A stretch of 35,567 nucleotides of DNA from Armatimonadota bacterium. Lineage in GTDB: Bacteria > Armatimonadota > UBA10988. A program made the translations under genes and the position numbers. This document shows positions 9,192-15,541 of this stretch, in pieces (position 1 is the first letter of the stretch; every line of letters begins with the position of its first letter). Under the pieces are notes generated by a model. It had not been told where the DNA came from. It worked only from the letters and a program-made list of their open reading frames with translations, and searched no databases. Where the stretch lies: positions 1 through 35,567 of the forward strand of contig JACRKZ010000038.1 in assembly GCA_016235455.1 (NCBI GenBank), read 5' to 3'.

Positions 9192-10596
9192 CGCGCTCCT
9201 CTATGCCGCGCTGCGACCAGCGCACCACCGTGCGGCGCCACATGAACCAGCCGGCCAGCCCGCGCGCCACCAGGCCCAGCGCCATGCCGACCCAGACGCC
9301 GTCGGAGCCCCACACGCGCGCCAGGTAGTAGGCCGAGGGGATGCCGATGCAGTACAGGCTGCAGACGTTGATGAGCAGCGGCGCGCGTGTGTCGCCGGTG
9401 CCGCGCAGGGCACCTTCGAGCGACATGCCCGCGCCCAGGAACGGCAGCGCCACCACCTGCGACCACAGGAACCGCGAGCCGATGTGCAGGATCTCGGCCT
9501 TGCGCGCCGGGTCATCATTGAAGATGAGGCCCAGCAGCCACGGCGCCGAGGCGGCGATGAGCAGGCTCACCGGGATCAGGTAGACCGACGCCACACGCGC
9601 CGCGGCCCAGCCGGTCTGGGCCGCGCGGCGCAGCCGGCGCGCGCCGTAGTTCTGGCCGACCATGGCCATGGTCGCCTCGGCAAAGCCCCAGGTGACCCAG
9701 GTGCCGAAGTTGCGCAGCAGCAGGCTCAGCCCATAGGCGGCGGCCGCCGCGCGACCGTCGTGGGTCTGATAGAGGATGCCGATGACCACCAGGCCCCACA
9801 CGTTGAGCAAGATGCTCGACAGCGCGTGCGGCGTGCCCAGCGTGACCATGCGGCCCAGCAGCGGACAATCGGGCAACCAGTGGCGCGGGGCCTCCAGCCG
9901 CAGCGTAAGCCGGCCCGAGGCCAGCAGCCAGTAGGCGGCCACCAGCACCAGCCCGCGACTCCACAGGTTGCCCCAGGCCGCGCCGACCACGCCCAGCGCT
10001 GGGATGCCCAGCGGCTTGATGCCGAAGATCAGCGCGTAGGTCATGCCGGCGGTCAGCAGATTGGTCCAGAAGGTCAGTTTGAGCGGCGTCTTGGTGTCGC
10101 CGGCGCCGCGTAGCGCGCCCATGGCGGCGAACGTGGCCAGCGTGGGCAGCAGTGACAGCACGACGATCTGCATATACGGCACGCCCAGCGCCATGACCTT
10201 GGCATCGCCACGGGTCAGCAGGCCCAGCAGCCACGGCGTGGCATACCAGCCGACCGGCGTAAGCACGGCCAGGACCAGCAGGCAGAACGAGATGAGCGCC
10301 TGGGTGGTGATGTGGCGCGCGACCTGTCGCTCGCCGCGGCCGATGGCCTGGGAGACCAGAATGCCCGTGCTGGCGGCCACCGCGCCGCCGGCCACCAGCA
10401 CGACCATGAGCACCTGCCGCGCCGCGGTGACCGACGCCACGGCCGTCTCACCCAGCCGCGCCACCATCACGCCGTCCAGGGCCGTGGCGATGCCCTGCAA
10501 GGCAGCCGTGGTCACCGTGGGCCAGGCCAGTTGCAGCAGCACTTGAGTGATCGGCCCGGTGAGCATGCGCTCGCGGGTGACGGTTTCACGTGGCAT
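9178..10596 (-). CDS. MATE family efflux transporter
   Basis: MLTGPI..LAWP, DGVMVARLGETAVASV, VSQAIG, LRGAGDTKTPL, MVGQNYGA, LRGTGDT. Start moved to ATG 10596 on homology and -10 position. Confidence 0.92.
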   Translation of the reverse strand: MPRETVTRERMLTGPITQVLLQLAWPTVTTAALQGIATALDGVMVARLGETAVASVTAARQVLMVVLVAGGAVAASTGILVSQAIGRGERQVARHITTQALISFCLLVLAVLTPVGWYATPWLLGLLTRGDAKVMALGVPYMQIVVLSLLPTLATFAAMGALRGAGDTKTPLKLTFWTNLLTAGMTYALIFGIKPLGIPALGVVGAAWGNLWSRGLVLVAAYWLLASGRLTLRLEAPRHWLPDCPLLGRMVTLGTPHALSSILLNVWGLVVIGILYQTHDGRAAAAAYGLSLLLRNFGTWVTWGFAEATMAMVGQNYGARRLRRAAQTGWAAARVASVYLIPVSLLIAASAPWLLGLIFNDDPARKAEILHIGSRFLWSQVVALPFLGAGMSLEGALRGTGDTRAPLLINVCSLYCIGIPSAYYLARVWGSDGVWVGMALGLVARGLAGWFMWRRTVVRWSQRGIEERGASR

Positions 10597-10602
10597 AGGG
10601 TT

Positions 10603-10608
10603 AGTGTA
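10603..10608 (-). promoter_or_regulatory. -10 hexamer TACACT 6 nt before the MATE ATG (leaderless-type promoter)
   Basis: Minus strand reads TACACT-aaccct-ATG with no Shine-Dalgarno. Confidence 0.6.
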
Positions 10609-10663
10609 CGGCCGGATCGGCGATGCGTAGTAGAGGAACTGGCGGCCCGAGTGTGCGTCTGAC

Positions 10664-10689
10664 CAGCAGACGTCAGCAGACGTCAGCAG
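10664..10689. repeat. 10-bp tandem direct repeat (CAGCAGACGT x2.6) in a divergent intergenic region
   Basis: CAGCAGACGT CAGCAGACGT CAGCAG read directly. Confidence 0.8.
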
Positions 10690-10699
10690 GGGAAGCGGC

Positions 10700-11200
10700 G
10701 TGCGGACCGCAATGTCAGATCGCCAGATTGTGCTCTTCGGCGGGTTCCTGCCGCGCCGGCTCCCCAGCGCACGCCAGCGGATCACGCGAGCAGTGGTGGT
10801 CGCGGCGCTGCTCTACTGGCTCGGCGTGCCCATGGCGCTGGCCTGTCGTCTGTTGGTGGCTGGTCCAGGCGCCGAGACCGTCATGGCCGCCGCTGCCGGC
10901 CCCGACGGCTGGCGGTTCAAGGTGACTCAGGAGTGGGGCCGCGACCTGCCGCCCTTCGAGATCAGGTTCTACTCGAGCCACGCCGGCCAGCCATGGGTGT
11001 TCCACTACGTGGACCACGAAGCCACGCTCTGGCGCCGGGCGAGCATCCGCATCGAACCGGACAAGGATCGCGCCTTGCTGTTCCGCGGCAGGGAGATCGT
11101 CGGCACCTTCGATTTCGTCACGGCAGAACTCTACCTGGCCAGCCGCTACAACATCGACGCGGAAGGCAACATCAGCCCCGGCGCCAGGCGCGAACGATGA
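10700..11200 (+). CDS. Hypothetical membrane-anchored protein
   Basis: One TM segment (AVVVAALLYWLGVPMALACRLLV), then an aromatic beta-rich domain with host-like codon usage. Start is GTG 10700 or ATG 10712. Confidence 0.7.
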   Translation: MRTAMSDRQIVLFGGFLPRRLPSARQRITRAVVVAALLYWLGVPMALACRLLVAGPGAETVMAAAAGPDGWRFKVTQEWGRDLPPFEIRFYSSHAGQPWVFHYVDHEATLWRRASIRIEPDKDRALLFRGREIVGTFDFVTAELYLASRYNIDAEGNISPGARRER

Positions 11201-11331
11201 CCAACCCGCCCCGCCACCGGTCATCCGTGGAATGGCGGCTGGCGCTGACCGCGCTCGTCTCCGTCGCCATCATCGTCACGGCCATGATCTACGCTGGCCA
11301 CGTCTTCTCGTGGGCACTGGTTGTGGACTGA
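11197..11331 (+). CDS. Small 44-aa single-TM protein, translationally coupled
   Basis: ATGA overlap with the upstream stop; MTNPPRHRSSVEWRLALTALVSVAIIVTAMIYAGHVFSWALVVD. Confidence 0.55.
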   Translation: MTNPPRHRSSVEWRLALTALVSVAIIVTAMIYAGHVFSWALVVD

Positions 11332-11371
11332 GGCTGACGCGGGCTCCGCCATGGCAGGCCGTGGCCGCGCG

Positions 11372-11380
11372 TGCTACGCT
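11372..11380 (+). promoter_or_regulatory. Extended -10 (TGnTACGCT) 6 nt before the sulfatase ATG (leaderless-type promoter)
   Basis: TGCTACGCT-ggtgtc-ATG with no Shine-Dalgarno. Confidence 0.6.
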
Positions 11381-11386
11381 GGTGTC

Positions 11387-12865
11387 ATGAACCGCCGAGA
11401 CTTCGTCGCCTCCACCGCCGCCGCCGCGGCCGCCTTCGCGGCCGGCGCCGCGCCCGCGCCCGCGCCCCAGCCCAACATCCTGTTCTGCCTGGCCGACGAC
11501 TGGATGTGGCCTCACGCCTCCTGCCTCGGCGACGCGGTGGTCAAGACGCCGACCTTCGACCGCGTCGCGCGCGAGGGCGTGTTGTTCCGCCATGCCCATA
11601 CCGCCGCGCCGTCGTGTACCGCGTCGCGCGCGGCCATCCTCACCGGTCAGTACCCCTGGCGGCTGGGGCCCGGCGTCAACCTGACCAGCTGCCTGCCGGC
11701 CGAGCACGAGGTCTACCCCGACCTGCTGGAAGCGGCCGGCTACCACGTGGGCTACACGCGCAAGGGCTGGGCGCCCGGCAACGAGACAGCCGCCGGCCGC
11801 CGCCGCAATCCCGCCGGCCCGCGCTACCGCGACTTCGGCGCCTTCCTGGACAAGCGAGGTGCAGACCAGCCGTTCTGCTTCTGGTTCGGCAGCGTGGAGC
11901 CGCACCGCGGCTACGAACTCGACAGCGGCGACAAGGGTGGGCTCGACCCGGCAAAGGTCAAGGTGCCGCCCTATCTGCCCGACTGCGACACCGTGCGCCG
12001 GGACATCTGCGACTACTACTTCGAGGTGCAACGCTTCGACAGCGATGTAGCCCTGCTACTCGACCAGGTCGAGCGCGCCGGCCTGGCCGACAACACCATC
12101 GTGGTGATGACCGGCGACAACGGCTGGCCCTTCCCGCGGGGCAAGGCCACCCTCTATGAGGCCGGCACCCACGCGCCGCTGGCCATCCGCTGGCCCGGCC
12201 ACATCAAGCCCGGGCGAACCGTCGACGACCACGCCAGCCTGGCCGACCTGTGCCCCACCTTCCTGGAAGCCGCCGGGCTGAAGCCGGCTACCAAGATGAC
12301 CGCGCGCAGCCTGATGCCCGTGCTCAGCGCCGCGGGCGATGGACAGATCGACCCGACGCGCGACCACGTTGTGACCTGCATGGAGCGCCATGTCCGCTGC
12401 CGCGACATCGGCACGGGCGACGGCGCCGGCTATCCCATGCGCGCCATCCGCACCGCCCGCTACGGTCTCATCGCCAACTTCCACCCCGAGCGCTGGGGCT
12501 CGGGCGATCCCCTCGGTTTCGAGGTGCCCGGCGCCCAGCCGGCCACCTACCAGCAGCTCGCCAGCACGACACGCACCGCCTATGCCGACATCGACGCCGG
12601 CCCCACCAAGGCTTGGATGGTCACCCACCGCGACGAGCCGAAGTTGCGCCCGCTGTTCGACGCGGCCTTCGGCAAGCGGCCGGCGCGCGAGCTGTATGAC
12701 CTGCTGGCCGACCCCTACGAGCAGCACAACCTGGCCGGCGATCCCGCCCATGCCGCGGCGCTGGCCGACCTTGAGGCGCGGCTCATGGCCGAACTGAAGG
12801 CAACGGCCGACCCGCGAGTGACCCCCGGCGCGCCCGAGCCCGACCAGCTGCCGCCCACGGGCTGA
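11387..12865 (+). CDS. Tat-exported formylglycine-dependent sulfatase (sulfamidase/N-sulfoglucosamine sulfohydrolase-like)
   Basis: MNRRDF twin-arginine signal, PNILFCLADD, SCTASRAAILTG (FGly site), GY..G..KGW, EPHR, TGDNGWPFPRGKATLY, ELYDL.ADPYEQHNLA. Confidence 0.93.
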   Translation: MNRRDFVASTAAAAAAFAAGAAPAPAPQPNILFCLADDWMWPHASCLGDAVVKTPTFDRVAREGVLFRHAHTAAPSCTASRAAILTGQYPWRLGPGVNLTSCLPAEHEVYPDLLEAAGYHVGYTRKGWAPGNETAAGRRRNPAGPRYRDFGAFLDKRGADQPFCFWFGSVEPHRGYELDSGDKGGLDPAKVKVPPYLPDCDTVRRDICDYYFEVQRFDSDVALLLDQVERAGLADNTIVVMTGDNGWPFPRGKATLYEAGTHAPLAIRWPGHIKPGRTVDDHASLADLCPTFLEAAGLKPATKMTARSLMPVLSAAGDGQIDPTRDHVVTCMERHVRCRDIGTGDGAGYPMRAIRTARYGLIANFHPERWGSGDPLGFEVPGAQPATYQQLASTTRTAYADIDAGPTKAWMVTHRDEPKLRPLFDAAFGKRPARELYDLLADPYEQHNLAGDPAHAAALADLEARLMAELKATADPRVTPGAPEPDQLPPTG

Positions 12866-12923
12866 CAGCGGGAGGATTCGCCGGGTCGCGACGCAATGGC
12901 ACGAGCAGTCTCGGAGCGCCGCC

Positions 12924-13046
12924 ATGCGTCGCTACCTGCTAGTCGATGGCACCGGCGCCGAAGTGCCCCACCAAGTGCTCGACGGCGGGCAGCTCCTGCT
13001 GCTGCGCACCAACTTGCCCGTCGGCGCGGACGGCGCTGGCAGGTGA
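12924..13046 (+). CDS. Short 40-aa ORF or gene remnant
   Basis: GGAG 7 nt before the ATG; MRRYLLVDGTGAEVPHQVLDGGQLLLLRTNLPVGADGAGR. Below the ORF-track cutoff and fills an otherwise unexplained gap. Confidence 0.35.
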   Translation: MRRYLLVDGTGAEVPHQVLDGGQLLLLRTNLPVGADGAGR

Positions 13047-13203
13047 GCACCGGGCGATCGCCCGCGCGGTGACGGGCGGCGCACGGTCAAGCTGCGGAGC
13101 ACGTGGGACAGGGGCGGCGAGCCTATGGTCACTGTCACACCCGGCCCGTGCTGGTTCGACTCGGGCACCGTGCCGCGACGGGCAGTGCTGCGGCGAAAGG
13201 GTG

Positions 13204-13209
13204 TAGGAT
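13204..13209 (+). promoter_or_regulatory. -10 hexamer TAGGAT 7 nt before ATG 13217 (leaderless-type promoter)
   Basis: TAGGAT-gacctgc-ATG. Confidence 0.5.
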
Positions 13210-13216
13210 GACCTGC

Positions 13217-14377
13217 ATGACCAGTCGGGAACGCGTGCTGACCGCGTGTGCCCATCGGCAGCCCGACCGCGTGCCCATCGACCTGGGTGGCGGCTCCGGC
13301 GCCAGCGGCATCCACGTCCTGGCCTACGATCGGCTCCGCGCCCACCTTGGGTTGGCGCATGGCACCGTGCGCTGCAACGACCTCATGCAGCAACTCGCGG
13401 TGGTCGAGGGCGACATCTACGAACGCTTCGGCTTGGACGTCATGGCCATCGACGGTACCTGCGTGCTGCGCGACTGGGAGACCTATCCGCTGTTCGACGG
13501 CCTGCGCGTGGAGCTTCCCGCGGGTCTCGATCTCCAGCGGCAAGCCGATGGTGAATGGCGGTTCCAGGACGCCGCGGGCCGGCTCTACCGCAAGCCGACG
13601 CGCTCCTACTACTTCGACGCGGCCGACGGCATGGGCTGGCACAACCTGTCACCGGCGCTCACCGACGAAGTACTGGAGCAGATCCGCGAGCGGGCCGCCA
13701 CGCTGTACCGCGAGACGGACCTGGCTTTGACCGCGCGGTTCGGCGGCGGCTTCTCGTCCCACCATCCGCGGTTCCTCATGGATCTGGTGCTGGAACCGGC
13801 CCGCGTCGAGGACGAACTGGCGCGCCGCTGCGACCAGCTCATTGCGCATTACGGGCGCATCCACCAGGCCATTGGCGACTTCACCTTCTGCGCGGTATTC
13901 GCCGACGACCTGGGCACGCAGCAGGGACCGATGATGTCGCCCGACCTGTTCGGCTGCGCCATCGCACCGCACTACCGACGGTTCACCGACTGGCTGCACC
14001 AGCACACCAACTGGCAGTTGCACCTGCATTCCTGCGGCGCCATCGAACCGCTGATGGCCACCTTGGCCGACGTTGGGGTTGATATCCTCAACCCGATCCA
14101 GACCTCGGCGGCCGGCATGGACCCCGCCGAACTCAAGCGCAAATACGGCCATCGCCTGACGTTCTGGGGTGGCGGTTGCGACACACAGCGCGTGCTCGGC
14201 TTCGCCTCGCCCGACGAAGTCGCCGACCATGTGCGCGAACGCGTGGCCATTCTGGCGCCGGGCGGAGGGTTCGTCTTCAACCAGGTGCATGTGGTGCAGG
14301 CCACCGTCGATCCGGCCTCCATCGAGGCCATGCTGGACACCGCACGGGCCAGCGGCGTCTACCCGATTCGGGTCTGA
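13217..14377 (+). CDS. Uroporphyrinogen decarboxylase-like / MtaA-CmuA methyltransferase family protein
   Basis: MTSRERV..HRQPDRVPIDLG, DDLGTQQGPMMSP, HSCG (Zn ligands), DILNPIQTSAAGMDP.ELK, FWGGGCDTQ, PGGGFVFNQVH. Confidence 0.9.
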   Translation: MTSRERVLTACAHRQPDRVPIDLGGGSGASGIHVLAYDRLRAHLGLAHGTVRCNDLMQQLAVVEGDIYERFGLDVMAIDGTCVLRDWETYPLFDGLRVELPAGLDLQRQADGEWRFQDAAGRLYRKPTRSYYFDAADGMGWHNLSPALTDEVLEQIRERAATLYRETDLALTARFGGGFSSHHPRFLMDLVLEPARVEDELARRCDQLIAHYGRIHQAIGDFTFCAVFADDLGTQQGPMMSPDLFGCAIAPHYRRFTDWLHQHTNWQLHLHSCGAIEPLMATLADVGVDILNPIQTSAAGMDPAELKRKYGHRLTFWGGGCDTQRVLGFASPDEVADHVRERVAILAPGGGFVFNQVHVVQATVDPASIEAMLDTARASGVYPIRV

Positions 14378-14385
14378 TTCGCCTG

Positions 14386-14414
14386 TTGACGCGACGCGGA
14401 TCCGATGCTAATAT
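14386..14414 (+). promoter_or_regulatory. Sigma70-type promoter of the tRNA gene
   Basis: TTGACG-17 nt-TAATAT with an extended TGn, 13 nt upstream of the tRNA. Confidence 0.85.
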
Positions 14415-14427
14415 CCTGCCTGCTCGA

Positions 14428-14500
14428 GGGTCATTAGCTCAATTGGTAGAGCAGCGGACTCTTAATCCGTTTGTTTCAGGTTCGAGTCCTGAATGACCCA
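14428..14500 (+). tRNA. tRNA-Lys (anticodon CTT), CCA not encoded
   Basis: Acceptor stem GGGTCAT/ATGACCC + discriminator A; D-arm GCTC-AATTGGTA-GAGC; anticodon arm GCGGA-CTCTTAA-TCCGT; T-arm TCAGG-TTCGAGT-CCTGA; followed by TTCCA. Confidence 0.97.
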
Positions 14501-14511
14501 TTCCACCCCTC

Positions 14512-15498
14512 TCACGCGACGCACAGGTAGTCGCGCCACTCCCGCAGCCCGAGCCCGTCCAGATACTCTCGCGCCGCCTGCCGCGCGCCGTTGACACCCA
14601 CTGTCACGAGGATTGGACCGTCGCCGATCCCCGCGACCGCCTCGCGTGAGACGATCTCCCGCCCGCGGCACAGGCCGCCCACCTCGCGCCCCTCGGGGTC
14701 GATGTGCCGCGCCACGCGGATGCCCACGCCGGTCAGCGCGCGCGACCACACGCGGCCCGCCTTGCCCACGCCCCACAGGCTGACCACGCAGTCGCCCGAG
14801 CAGAACGTCTCGCGCAGGAACGACGCCTTGCACCAGCGGAACGAGCGCGTGCCGTAAACGCCCCCGCCGCGGCTCAGCCGGCCGGGATGGTCGCGCCAGT
14901 AGTGCAGCACCTGCGGTAGCTTGGCGAAACGTGCCCCCGCCCGCCACAGCCGCAGCCACAGGTCGTAGTCCTCGGCCCAGCCCACATCGCGCCAGCCGCC
15001 GACCTTGTCCAGCAGCCGCCGTGGCATGAACACCGTGGGATGGGCCAACGGCGACTCGACGAACAGGTCGCGCACGATCTCCTCATGGCTCTGCAGGCTG
15101 TTGAGCCAGTCCTCATAGCCGAGCAGCCCCTCGCTCAGCCCGGCCCGGGGGAAGGTCCGCACACCGCAGCCGAGCACGCCGTCGAACCCCGCGGCCAGCT
15201 GCCGCGCCAGGCGCTCGCGGTGCATGATGTCGTCGGCGTCGAACCGCGCCAGCCACGGCTGCCGGCAGTGCCGCAGCCCCTCGTTGAGGCTGGCCACCAG
15301 CCCTTGGTGCGGGCGGCGCAGGTAGGTGATGCGCGGGTCCCAGTCGGCGGCTTCGGTCAGGATGCGCGGCGTGTCGTCGGTGGAGCCGTCGTCGACCGCG
15401 ACCAGCTCCCAGGCGGGGAAGGTCTGGCGACGCAGGCTGGCCAGCGCTTGCGGCAGCGTCGCGGCGGCGTTGTAGGCGGGCATGAGGATGGTGATCAC
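14512..15498 (-). CDS. GT2 glycosyltransferase with a C-terminal Rossmann-like domain (B3GNTL1/QTGAL-like architecture)
   Basis: ILMPAYN, VDDGSTD, RFDADD (DxD), HPTV, EDYDLW, then SLWGVGKAGR. Probable start GTG 15498. Confidence 0.88.
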   Translation of the reverse strand: MITILMPAYNAAATLPQALASLRRQTFPAWELVAVDDGSTDDTPRILTEAADWDPRITYLRRPHQGLVASLNEGLRHCRQPWLARFDADDIMHRERLARQLAAGFDGVLGCGVRTFPRAGLSEGLLGYEDWLNSLQSHEEIVRDLFVESPLAHPTVFMPRRLLDKVGGWRDVGWAEDYDLWLRLWRAGARFAKLPQVLHYWRDHPGRLSRGGGVYGTRSFRWCKASFLRETFCSGDCVVSLWGVGKAGRVWSRALTGVGIRVARHIDPEGREVGGLCRGREIVSREAVAGIGDGPILVTVGVNGARQAAREYLDGLGLREWRDYLCVA

Positions 15499-15541
15499 GG
15501 TGGGGGTGGGTTCGGCGCGGTGACGGCTGATCCTGCCGCCT

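Noticed and set aside
13103-13216. Upstream ORF-track starts for URO-D, MATE, sulfatase, porin 2, folC, trxB and the regulators
   Set aside because: The extensions are low-complexity and lack homology. Downstream starts match family N-termini, RBS or -10 positions.
14428-14512. tRNA-Lys as the integration site of a genomic island
   Set aside because: No integrase, no duplicated tRNA 3' end noticed in the window and no compositional shift after the tRNA.
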